NCBI GenBank assembly: GCA_035084275.1
Contig: CM068757.1
Location: forward strand, 558,001 to 622,000
Direction of reading: 5' to 3'
Length of the DNA: 64,000 nt
From: Hydrolagus colliei
Taxonomy: Eukaryota
Below are positions 48,630 through 59,799 of this stretch, piece by piece. The notes below the pieces were generated by a model. The model saw nothing but the letters and a program-made list of their open reading frames with translations. It did not search any database and was not told where the DNA came from. The translations under genes and the position numbers were made by a program. The first letter of the stretch is position 1. Every line of letters begins with the position of its first letter.

Positions 48630-48875
48630 AGGAAGTGTCAGTGGGTTGTGACACAGGGGAGAGGGCAATGGGGCAGACAAGCCTGGTCCTCATCTCACCA
48701 AACATACAGTACTTTCCAGCAGGACTCACTGGAATCTGTTTTATTTCCCTATACTTAGCTCAGTCGAGTTCATACCACTTGTAGTGTTACTGATTGCCAC
48801 CCGACTGACTGATATAAATGAGCTCAGTACAGAGCAGGGATCAAATCTTGGGAATTTCCTGGATGGTATGACAAT
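48630..48875 (-). mobile_element. Ancient SINE relic, AmnSINE2-like
   Basis: Plus strand ACTTTCCAGCAGGACTCACTGGA...AGCTCAGTACAGAGCAGGGATCAAATCTTGGGAATTTCCTGGATGGTATG, the reverse complement of the recalled consensus. Confidence 0.55.
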
Positions 48876-50096
48876 GTGGCTGTAGCTTCACCAGTCCCAG
48901 CTAAAGACATCAACTTGACAACAACCAGCAAATGTTAGACAGAATTAAGCAAATGGTCATTACTGCGTTTCAATGAAATTCCTCCTGTTGAGCCTTTACC
49001 CTGTTCTCCCACCCCCTCACCCTCGTGCCCCCCCCCACCCCCGTACATTGCATTAAGTGCTCATAACTCATACAGTTCAGTAGAAATTGTTCAAGACAGC
49101 CATTGACTCTTTAAAAGCAACTCTTGTTTCGTTGAAAGGAATATCACCAGTGCTAGTCAGCCCGAGGAAAGGGTCTACAGTAGTGGCCTCTAACCTAAAA
49201 ATGTGTCAGGCTCTTGTAGCGGCTTTCAGTTGTGATTTGCTATTGTTAACTTTGATACAATCAAAAGGCCTGGAAGAATAACATCTGGGGGCTCACTTGG
49301 TCCTCTGATTTCTAGGTCATTAAACCTTTTTTAAATTCAATTACCAATAGACAATTCAAAAAATGACAAATTGTAGAGCTGTCAGCTTCTTTACAGAAGC
49401 AGCTGACAGTCATCAAAAATATTGTCAGTGTGTTTTTGCGATTTTTTATGGGTGCTTAAGATTTTCTGAGTTGATTGTTAACCTTTTCAACACAGAAAGC
49501 CGTGTTCTGTCAGTTTCTCGGAGGGGGTGTGAGGGGGAGGTTTGGTAGGGGGGGACACGTTTTGGGGTTTATTTCCACGAATATCATCAATTAGGTGGGG
49601 TTTTTTCTCTTCATTCTCTCTGCATTCCATTAACCCAACAGTAAAATGTTTGGCTCTCTGAATTTCTATGTAGTTATTTGTTGCAAGAGGCAGGAGAAAA
49701 TGAACCTAATGAACCTAATTTTAAAGGATTGAGGGAATTTGTTGCAGATGGGGAAATTAAACACTGATGTGTGCAATAATGAGCATGGTATCCAATTTTA
49801 TATCCCTGAATTTACTGTCCTAATAATTCAGCGTGTGCAAGGGATTTATGAAGAGTGCCTTAAGTACTGTAGTATATAAATCATATGATGTATCTCATCA
49901 TTGTGTGTGTGTTTTTTTATGTTATGGGTAAATAAAATTAGAACAAAGGCTATTAAACAGTAACTCCCAAGTTGGGAATAGTCTACCCAGGAATTGCACG
50001 AGTGTTTTGTTCTGCAATATTCATGGCATTCTTATCCGATGATAATTCTTCGAGGTACTTACTTGAGAGCCGCTGTTTGTGATTGTATTTCCGCAG

Positions 50097-50218
50097 AGGA
50101 GGATAAGTACGAGAGCTACTCGTGGATGTTGCTGAAGTATTTTTTAGCAGAAGGGGTTGTGTGTGGCCACTCTCTCTACATAGCGTCTGCCAGAGATCAC
50201 CCAGAGGAAATAACACAG
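50097..50218 (+). CDS. ELP4: ELP4 exon 3 (122 bp)
   Basis: ccgcag|AG GAG GAT AAG...CAG|gtacag; (E)EDKYESYSWMLLKYFLAEGVVCGHSLYIASARDHPEEITQ. Confidence 0.97.
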
Positions 50219-50515
50219 GTACAGACTGGGCAGGTGGATTCCGTGGGAAATTATTTTACTGCCATACAATGTGTTGTTGTTCACTTTCTGCAAATGGCGC
50301 TCATTACAGTCGTCTGGCAGCCTCCACAGTGAAATTTGTCATCCTCACAAAAGGGCATATACGGTTGTTTCTCTACCCGAAGAGTGTGTGAAGTGTGAAG
50401 ATTCATTTGGCCGGTGTTTTTGATTTAGGTAGCCTTTTTTTGCCCTTTTATTGCTAACACAAGAGGTGGCGTATCATGCCATTGCTAAATACTAAATACT
50501 CAAAAGCCTACATTC

Positions 50516-50835
50516 GGAGTTCTGTAGCTCAGTGGTTAGAGCACTCGCCTTGCAAGCGAGAGACCTGGGTTCGATTCCATGCAGGGTGAAACCTTGGGCA
50601 AGTTTCCTTATTCCACACCCCTGATAATAATCCCTCAAAGAAAACAATAATACTTTTGGTCATTTTAAATCCGCGACTGTTTGTGTGTGGGAAGCTGCTG
50701 TGCGCAATTGGCTGCCGCGTTTCGCCCATAAATATATATAGTCAATTCACTTTACAGTATATTCTGTGAAGCGCTTTGAGACGTCCAGAAGACATGAAAA
50801 GCCGTATATCAAATGCAAGGATTGTTATTATTATT
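50516..50835 (+). mobile_element. Full-length tRNA-Ala-derived SINE with intact Pol III boxes
   Basis: A box TAGCTCAGTGG at 50525-50535, anticodon arm CTCGC-CTTGCAA-GCGAG at 50544-50560, B box GGTTCGATTCC at 50568-50578, complete body and (ATT)n tail. Confidence 0.93.
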
Positions 50836-51021
50836 TTAAAAGAAAGCTCGATGATACTTTAATAGCAATAAAAGTGACAAAATAATTTGAGTCAAAGGCT
50901 GTTTATCACGGCAAAATGACCAGATGAACTGTTCTGTCACATTGTAACAAATCAGCATATTGTAATGTTTTAAGCGATTTTTGCCGTTCCATAACATCAT
51001 GTTGACAGCCTGATCAATTAT

Positions 51022-51665
51022 CCAACAACAACAACAACTTAGATTTATATAGTGCCCTCCATGCCAGATGGCATCTCAGAGCGCTTCAAACCATGGTACA
51101 CACGGCAATTTTTCTGTCATTTGTTTAGAGCATGTAAAACATGCATAGTGATTTGCGATTAATGCAAATAATATATATATTTTTTAAATGGATACCCCTG
51201 TAATAGGGTAGATAGGGTAAATATAGTTTTCCAGATCACATCATATCAAGGTGGTTGGGTGCTCACAATTGGATTTACTACTTGATGCAACCGCCCCCGA
51301 TTATTTTAACTCGTGTGTAGATGACACAGAATAGCTTTAAACCCGTTGATAATACTAATGCGACAGATTTTGCCAGATGATCTTGTTGTAACTTCAGGTT
51401 CAGTGTCACACAAATCATTTTAAATCTTGTATCTCATCACTTCAGCTTTTGCAGCCACTGACTTGGTATCTCTGGTGATAATACTATTAAAAAAAAGTAC
51501 AACTATAGGTAGTGTGCACCTATTCGAGCCCACATTGACGTAAGCAACCCTAGGACGTCCTCCCAACGTACGTGAAAGGCGCTGTACAATGTATTGTTCT
51601 TGTTGTATACCTTGCATAAAATAATATCTGTGAATAATAATAATAATAATCCTTGCATTTGATGT
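51022..51665. mobile_element. Cluster of short SINE/L2 tail fragments (51022-51090 -, 51550-51605 +, 51634-51665 -)
   Basis: Tail motifs with (CAA)n, GGACGTCCTCCC...GTGAAAGGCGCT and (AAT)n-ATCCTTGCATTTG. Confidence 0.65.
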
Positions 51666-53339
51666 AAATTGATGTTAAGATTATCATATCACTAACTGGA
51701 CACTTCTGATTAGAAATTTTTCCTCAGATTCTAAATGACAGTTTTGTGAATCATGGCCTGGGCCTATTGCACTTGTTCTCTGAATAAGGTAGCAGTTAGT
51801 TACTCATTATATTAATGGGCCAAATTGTGAGGATCAAAGTACTTTTCTCAGGTAGTCCTGCTTATGAAGTATGGATTACCCGAACTGATAATAAGGCAGC
51901 GATGGAAGTTTAGCTGCTACATTATATAAGCCTTTTCTCCTTCATTGTGAAACAGAATAGAGTGGTACGTGGTGCCTTTGCCTTGTCTAAATGCACAAGC
52001 AATTAAATTGTCTTAGGAGGGTGTGAGGTTAAGCCTCATTAACTGTGGGCTGGGGGTATCTTGGGTTCTATTACACTCTGGAGAATTGCACTTGTAAGAA
52101 GGCTTGGATTGTTAGTGTCTCTTTGTGCTTTCCTTTTCTGCCCAAACAAAATGATGTAAGCAATTTAGCATATGAACGCAGATGGACAATGAATATAAAT
52201 AGTGTGTAATTGCTAGTAGTTTATCGGGTTTCAAATAAAGAGATTGCAAGGTGATTTTTCTTCCCCCTCCCCTGTACTTCTCACTAGTGTTGTTTAATTT
52301 GAATCATACTGACTAATCTATTTGGTCATAATTAATAAGACTGCTTTTATTGTCAATATCTCAAATGATTATTTTAATTAATGTTGTCACTCGAAGCATG
52401 ATGTGAAGGGTGAGCTCGGGGGATTACATTTTCCAGCACAAAATCTCTATCTTCGAACCTTGTTTATTATAGTCTTTCCTTTCTCCACACTTTGAAAACA
52501 CCTTATTAAAATTTGCTATTTTTGATGGGGATCGCATTAAAAGTTTGATGCCTTTTGATCAGATGGCTAGGTCAGCAATACATTAAACTTAAACAAGACA
52601 GCGCCAGCAGTTGCTTCATTAATTTTTTTCAACAAAAAAAGAAGTTTACCACGGATCAGTGAACAAGTGCAAATTAGCGCAGATTCTAAAAAGAAAAGTA
52701 AGTGAATGTACTGTTTGTTGGAGAAAAGGGCTCGCACCAAAACCACTGTTGCCCACATGGGGAATGTTCGATTCATTCCTATTGTTACATTAAAACTGAC
52801 TGCTGTGAAATAGTTAATCCACTCCTAAGGTTTCTTCCCCTTCACATAAAATGTCTTAGCTGTTTTGCACAACATCAGTGCGATACAAACAGGCAGCAAA
52901 CAGGTGTCACCGATTATGTCAGTTGCAAATCTACAACAATGGCCAGCCCAGGGAGTTAGGTGAGCGCTTAGATAGGAATTACCCTAATGATCTTTGTCAG
53001 CAAACTGATCTGCAAGGATCACTTGATTGGCCTTGGGATAATCGAGCTTAATTAAGATAACGCTGCCTGCTTCTTTTTTTAAAAAAAGTTGCAGGTGTTA
53101 ATTTGAGGTGTTAGTTAAACGGCAAATCAATTGTTTTTTTTCTCTCTAATCCATTATCGGTGGACAAAAACCCTTGAGAAGTTAGGCCGTGCATTTCAAT
53201 TTACAGGAGGGGCCGAGCAAGATAAAATCAATGCCTTTCAGCTTCTCGGGTCCTAATATTTTATTATCCCCAAAACAATGAAAAAGAATTGTTTAAGTAA
53301 AAGAGCAAAACCTAAGGTTATTTTCTGCTTCTGAAAGCT

Positions 53340-53763
53340 TTCCTCCCGACGTGAAAGGCCCTCTATCAAATGTAATTTTGTTGTTGTTGAAAGGGTGTTA
53401 ATGTGCACTAACGCCTCAAGTAAAAAGTTTGTCTTAGAAATAAAGGCAGGAAAAATAAAATGTCAGTCAGTACAGAGGATGGGTGACAACAAAAACAACA
53501 CCTTGTATTTTTCACGTCGGGAGGATGTCACAGGGCATTGGGATTTGAATTCACCGTTCGGAAGATGCTGTATTTTTATTTCTGTTGATAAAAATTGGTC
53601 AATTCAATCCACAACTGTTTGTGGGGGACGCTGCTGTGCGCAATTGGCTGCCACGCTTCTCCCACAAGTATACAGTCAATTCACTTTACAGTATATTCTG
53701 TGAAAGTGCTGTGAGACGTCGATAAGATGTGAAAAGCACTATATCTAATACAAGGATTATTAT
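53340..53763 (+). mobile_element. L2 tail (53340-53390), inverted tail (53490-53535) and SINE 3' half (53590-53763)
   Basis: TCCTCCCGACGTGAAAGGC...(GTT)n; AATTGGTCAATTCAATCCAC...GACGTCGATAAGATGTGAAAAGCAC...AGGATTATTAT. Confidence 0.8.
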
Positions 53764-53883
53764 AAAACTTAAAGCTGTGCGTTTCTTCTTTCATTTTTAC
53801 TTTTGCTTGTACAGTACTTGAATAATCCCAACTATATTTATGGATCCCAAACCATGTAATTTCTCTCCTCTGGGTGTGAACAG

Positions 53884-54024
53884 GAGCTCCCAGCACCCCT
53901 GCTCGATGATGTTGCTCAGAGTGAGATGGAGGACGAATCGGGGGATGTAAATAATTTTGCCACCGCTGCCTCACAGAATTCTATGAAAATAGCATGGCGG
54001 TACCAGAACCTACCGAAAGTACAG
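53884..54024 (+). CDS. ELP4: ELP4 exon 4 (141 bp)
   Basis: aacag|GAG CTC CCA...GTA CAG|gtacag; ELPAPLLDDVAQSEMEDESGDVNNFATAASQNSMKIAWRYQNLPKVQ, with ELPAPLLDD and MKIAWRY motifs. Confidence 0.97.
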
Positions 54025-54719
54025 GTACAGTCTTTACCTTGGTCGGAATCCCAACCGTATCTGACTGCCACATACATTGGGCGAATGCAATAAAATGCAG
54101 TTTACGTTTTACATAGCAGCTTTCACATCGTGAGGACATCTCGGAGCAAAGAACAAATGGATAAAAACTAAACATGCAGTTGTTTTTGAACATGTTGAGC
54201 AAGAGAATAAAATGGGAAAGTTTCTTCTAATTATGATGTATTTTTCGGTTTGAAAAGGCATAACTGCATTGCTTTGTAACTATTTTGAAATATTAAAAAG
54301 GTTGGGGTTATTTTCTGCTTGGTTTGTGCAGCAGATTTTGTTTTCATACAGCAATAGTCATTTAAATATTTTGAGCTAAAACTGTTCCGATTGTAATTTA
54401 TTCTTCACTCTGGCTAACCTTAAAAATGGAAAAAAAATTATTTTTATGCCATGGTTTTAATCATTTCTAAAGGTTACTTTGATGTGGAGGAGATCTGATC
54501 ACATTTTGTAAATCAACACTTTCTTCTAAGTGCAGATTCAATCTGACATCGTGGCATCCACAAAGTCCAGTTATTTTGTTGTCAACTGTCAATCCTTTGC
54601 TCGTTAATATAGGAACATTTAATTCCTAATCGATGCAAAAAGCAGCTCTTTCAGGGGCCAGCAGGTTCTCGGTGGTTAAAAGAATTGTGCTTTTGTTCTT
54701 CTGTGGGGATATTTTCTCC

Positions 54720-54955
54720 CAGCGCCTTGGGACGTCCTCCCGACGTGAAAGGCGCTCTATACTTGCAATTTTTTTTTGTTGTTGTTTTGAGTTATGATTT
54801 GCACGTGGCAGGTTATTCGTTGGACTACAACCAACTCTCTTCTCTCCCACACAATACACAGTTGTACCGATTTTCAGCCATTTCCCGTGAAGCGCTTTGA
54901 CACACCTCGACGACGTGATAGGGAGCTATACCAAAGGCAGGGATTATTATTATCA
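54720..54955 (+). mobile_element. L2 tail (54720-54790) and SINE tail (54845-54955)
   Basis: AGCGCCTTGGGACGTCCTCCCGACGTGAAAGGCGCTCTATAC...(GTT)n; GTGAAGCGCTTTGACAC...GGGATTATTATT. Confidence 0.8.
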
Positions 54956-55415
54956 TTAAGAATAGTATCTGTGTTGATGTTGTGAAGATGGCAAAAAAAA
55001 ACCACACGATGCTTGCCCGCAGCAGAGTGTCGAGAAGTTTCAAAGCGCGAAACGCGTGGACTCGGGTGGATTGAGAGGCACCAGTAAAATGAGCAGATGC
55101 ATGCTTTAAAATTTAAGATTATGTGACAGCAGACTGCTTCAAACTGCTGGAACCAACAGCTTCTTTGAATGCTAGGGGGCAAAATGAAGGCAGCGTGTTA
55201 AAGAGGCTAATGTGTTCCACATACTTGAATTAATCATTTAATTTCACTTTACAGTGCATTGTTGTGTTAATAGAAGGGGGGCTAAATAAACTAGAGTTAC
55301 GTGATGGGTAAGCAATCTTACAAGATCAGGAAATGAAAAGCCATTATGTTTGCAGCCGACCTCCAGAATAGGGCGGGTAACAAAGCACGACTTTCACAAA
55401 CGTGCAAAATTCAGG

Positions 55416-55416
<1 letters not shown>

Positions 55417-55442
<26 letters not shown>
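55417..55442. repeat. (AG)n microsatellite
   Basis: Read directly from the sequence. Confidence 0.9.
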
Positions 55443-55449
<7 letters not shown>

Positions 55450-56169
55450 AGCCTTTTCTTTATTATAGTATTCATAAGACAAACTTGTAATTTGTTCCCG
55501 AGATCACATTTCATCGCTAGTTTGCTTTGGCTGGAGTCCATTTCACAGTGTGAAGCTACTGGTGCAGAGGAGTTGCCCCCATTCAAATGTAAATTGCTTC
55601 TGGTTTTTGATGTATAACCATGTAAAAAACCACTTCCCAATCAGATCTTGTTTATTTAGTCCTGTTAATACAACAATGCATAAAAGACTAAAATAAAATG
55701 TTTAATTCATGCGTGTAAATAAACAACACTAGACTGTGCACATCAAAATATATTAACCTTCACAGCTCTGACTCCATTTGCCCTCAGCACTCAAAGGATG
55801 ACGGGTAATTCAGTCGGGTTCCCATGTTCTTCAAGTCCATAATGGGATGTATTAAAGTGCAATCTTAACATGTCGAAACAGATGTATTCCTCTGAATTGT
55901 CTCATCTTCTCAAATATTACAAAATGAGAGATCTGCACACTTTGCAGCAACGCCCTGTTGTGTTTTGTGCTTATAAGGTTGTTAAAGCTTTGTTTTGAGT
56001 GTTTTCCTGTCCTGTTTTAAAGATCCAACTGTCTTGGTTGCTGTCTGTGACCGTACAACAGGAAAGTTTTCAGACAGTGAGTGTTGCTGAGCTATTGGAG
56101 GGTGAAAGGAAGTCCACATTGCAATCGGGATTCATTTCATCCTGTCCTTGCTCTAGTCACAAAGTACCT

Positions 56170-56300
56170 CATAGCAAGGAGTAGTGATCAACAGTGGGAT
56201 CCCTGCCTGATTTTCCCCCCCTCTCCCCTCATTGATACCAACGTTAGCACCTAAACATCTGCCCTGCGTTAGATCCGATAACTCAGCAAAGATCAAGATT
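56170..56300 (-). mobile_element. Ancient SINE relic, AmnSINE2-like
   Basis: Plus strand TAGTGATCAACAGTGGGATCCCTGCCTGATTTTCCCC...AGATCCGATAACTCAGCAAAGATCA. Confidence 0.45.
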
Positions 56301-58473
56301 TCACTTAGCACCTTTGCAAAGAGTTTTTAAAGTGTGCAGCGTGCAAAAAATCTCTTGGGGTTTTTTCTTTAAATACTTTGGTGCGAGCTGTACTTATGGG
56401 TGTGAAACTTTTAATTTTTTCTTACTTTGAATCCACGTAGAAAGTTGAATATTTTCCAAATCTTAAATTATTTAAAAGTAGCTGTCCAAAAGGTAGGGTT
56501 GTGTGGGTGTGGGTGATGCATTAAAATTGTGGGATCGGAACTGTATTAGTATTTTGCGCTTGTCCAAATGAAAAAACATCTACATTTTGCCACAAGACAA
56601 CAATAATGAATGGAATAAAGCTGAACAAGAGTTGACAGAGATAGTATGATCTGTCAATTGGAAAGCACTGAATCAAGCAATTGGCTTGCTTATCCATGTG
56701 CTAAATGAGTAAAGAAAGCACTTGAGAATGTATCAGCTTCATTGTCATAGCAATCTAATCATTGTGAAGTTAACATACAAGTGACATAAAATAACCATAG
56801 GCTCAACAAGCCGCCCTCAAGGCCCTCAAACCAGTTGTTCCGTGCTTGTGAGTCCGTCATTTCTGCAAATCTGGAGGGATGTCATGGTTTAAAATGTAAA
56901 TAAGGTCATGAAACGTGAATGATTTATTGGCATTTATTACAGCCACTTTATGCAATTTCTTGCGGATGGCGATCTAATACTAGGGGAAAGGGTGTGGGTG
57001 TGGGGGTGGGGGGGGGCGCGGAGTGGGGGCAAAATATGTCCACCCACCTGCAGGACTTCCAACAATGGCAACAAAAAAAAAGTCCCTTTATCCAAGGTTA
57101 CTAAAGTAACTGCAATTCATCTGTAAACAAAATTGTGGGACGATAAAGCTTCTCAATGACATGTTTGTGTACTTGGGGCAATGTATAAGCTGTCACAGCA
57201 TGAAATCAATTTTCTGCCTAGGTTCATCTTGAATCTGAGATTTCTAACACATTAGTGTTGCAATTAGAAACATTTAGCAGCAAGCAGACTGAAAGCCAGC
57301 AGTCTGCTATCTGACAGTTTTCTGCCTGTTCCTCTTCGTTCAGCCTATCCGCGCTCGAGCAAAGGAGAGCACAAGCCCTCGTAGGTCTAAGATAATAAAT
57401 TTATCAACTTCGCAACTTCTGAGGAAAGAAAGGCTTTGCCCAGGCCATTCAACCAAAGGCAGCTTATTCACACTTAGTTGGTTCAGGTAGGCCTTTGCAA
57501 GCTTCCCACTGGGCCTGGGAATTTGTAAAAAAAAACAAGGGCTATTCACAATTCTCTGACACACAACATGCTTTTATTACATACTGTTTTATTATAGTCA
57601 GATCTCAGTCTCCACCCAGCTTGTCGAAGCAATGCTCTTTCTTGTGAATTAAAAAAGGTTATCCCCCACCTTAATCCATATTGCAGTGTGGATTAACGGC
57701 ACCAGCGTGCCCTGAGATCCTCTCCTTGGACCCTGGAAACTACTTGTTTCTTCTCTTTGCTGTTCTTACAAAACACGACTGGGCCTCAGCGAGGATTTGC
57801 ATCTGAAATGGACTACCTGGTGCTTTCCTGAATCAAGACATCAGATCAAAGTTCAGTTAGTCAAGGCCTTGCTAAAATGTTAAGGAGACTAGGATGTGCA
57901 CAATGAAAAGATGAGCTCTAGCAGAGATTGCAATGAAAACATTTGTGGTTGGGTAATCCGGATAAGGACTAGATTATACAGACCAAAGAATAGCCCCAAA
58001 ACTAAATAGTTTTTGTGGGGATGTGTAGAGAGGTGTAAGTTCACCCTCGGTAGATATTCCCGTACAACATCAACTCTGGCTGAAATAGATCTGAATCCAG
58101 CGCTAAGGAGAATATCATTTATTATTTTTTTAAATGTACTCATTAAAAAAAAATGTAAATCCCAATTTGTTTGTGCTGCCGGTTTACTATTGTTGTCTAT
58201 TCCTGGAGGAAAATTTAAAAATCCAAACCATTAGAAAGGGCTGCAATAATGCAGAACAATTCTCACAAACAAATAAAAGTTTCCGTTCTGATTTCACCAA
58301 AGGAATAAGTTTTATGCTGTTCAGTATTGACCTCAAATACAGTATCAGTTTTCTGGTACCTAGCCGTTCAGGAATTTTATTTTAAGTTTGCGCTCATCTT
58401 TTGCTGTGGTTTCTTCAACAGTGAATCCTCTTCTAAAGGGGAAAGGCCCTTCAGCAATTGGTTCTGTTGTTAT

Positions 58474-58595
58474 ATAATAATAATCCTTGCATTTGCACAG
58501 CATCTCAAAGCGCTTCACACAGTATAGTATATTGTTTGGTGAATTGACTGTGTATTTTGTGGGAGAAATTGTGTCCCACAAACAGTCGTGGATTT
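58474..58595 (-). mobile_element. SINE 3' fragment
   Basis: AATAATCCTTGCATTTG...TCTCAAAGCGCTTCAC...GTGTCCCACAAACAGTCGTGGATT. Confidence 0.8.
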
Positions 58596-58769
58596 GTTGT
58601 ACCAGGAGCAATTTTTATTTGGTTTCTCTAACTTGAATGTGATGTGCAGATAAATATTTTGCTTTTCCATTCCATTATATGATATTTACCTGTAATTTAA
58701 TTCAGCATCTGTGTAATCTGTGCAATTTTGCATTTTAACCAAACAAACCTTTCAATGTTCACCCGATAG

Positions 58770-58912
58770 ACAGCCTTGGTGTGCTCCTCGAGATTCGGCC
58801 ATTACTATGATGTCTCCAAAACGATGAGTGCGGAAATGCAGCACTCTGTCAAATGTCACAGCTTCTTCTTGCCCGACGAAGTTCCTCTAGAGTTAGATGC
58901 GACAAAGGCTGG
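58770..58912 (+). CDS. ELP4: ELP4 exon 5 (143 bp); the gene continues beyond the window
   Basis: gatag|ACA GCC...GCT GG|gtaagt; TALVCSSRFGHYYDVSKTMSAEMQHSVKCHSFFLPDEVPLELDATKA(G), with the SRFGHYYD motif. Confidence 0.95.
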
Positions 58913-59799
58913 GTAAGTCTCACCTGAACATGGAGTGAAAACGGTGAAACTATAAACGCGCTCGTTGGTTGAGTGTTATGTTATGCTAACGTTTGGTGTT
59001 CTCTTCCTCACAATTTTTTCCCCCAACAATTTTTTTTTCCCTCCCGCTCACTCTGAAGAGTTTATTATTTTTTAAAATTCCTTTTGTGGAAAAAAACGAA
59101 CAGGCAGTTTCTTTGGGGGGTGAATTAATCTGAGTTTATTTTTAATGTTGCCCCCCAAGTCAGCGGTTCTTTTTTTTCTTCTGTAATTGTCTTCCATGAG
59201 CATGTATAGTTGTGACTCCTGTCGACATTAGGTAGTTAAGCTACAGCTCCACGCTTGAGTGGATTGATATCCAGGCACATATAAGTAATCTGATTAACTC
59301 TACCAATGAGTGATTTAATAATTTTTTTAAAAAAGCAACTTTTATCATTTCAAGTTTTAATCCTCCAAAACGAGCAAAATGGATTTGAATGTTTTGAATG
59401 TAAATAAGGTGAGGCTCAAGAAATTGAGCTCTGGAGAGGGTGGGAATGGAATGGTGATAGCTTGTGTCTGTCACCCTGACTTTCTTTTTTTTATTTTCCT
59501 GAGATTGTGGAATCCCATCTGCTGCTGCTTAGTGGCAGTGTGACTCTCTTAACCCTTTTAAACCATTGCTAATACCAACAGGGCTTTGACAAACTATTGC
59601 CAACTGGTCTTGGGAGAGATCAAACTCCCAATTCATTAGATCTCGAAGGAGGTGTAAGGGATTAGTTAAGAAGGGGGCAGGCATTGTTGGCAACAGATAA
59701 CAATCAAATGGCTACTCAATGGACCCACCGCTCCACTTCATGTTATACATTCTGATCAGCACGATGCACAACTCAGTTTGCTTGTTCCAACCTGTCCGT

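Noticed and set aside
50516-50590. tRNA-Ala(TGC) gene (also at 46783 and 704)
   Set aside because: No acceptor-stem pairing, an imperfect T stem and no oligo-T terminator; it runs directly into a SINE body repeated many times in the window
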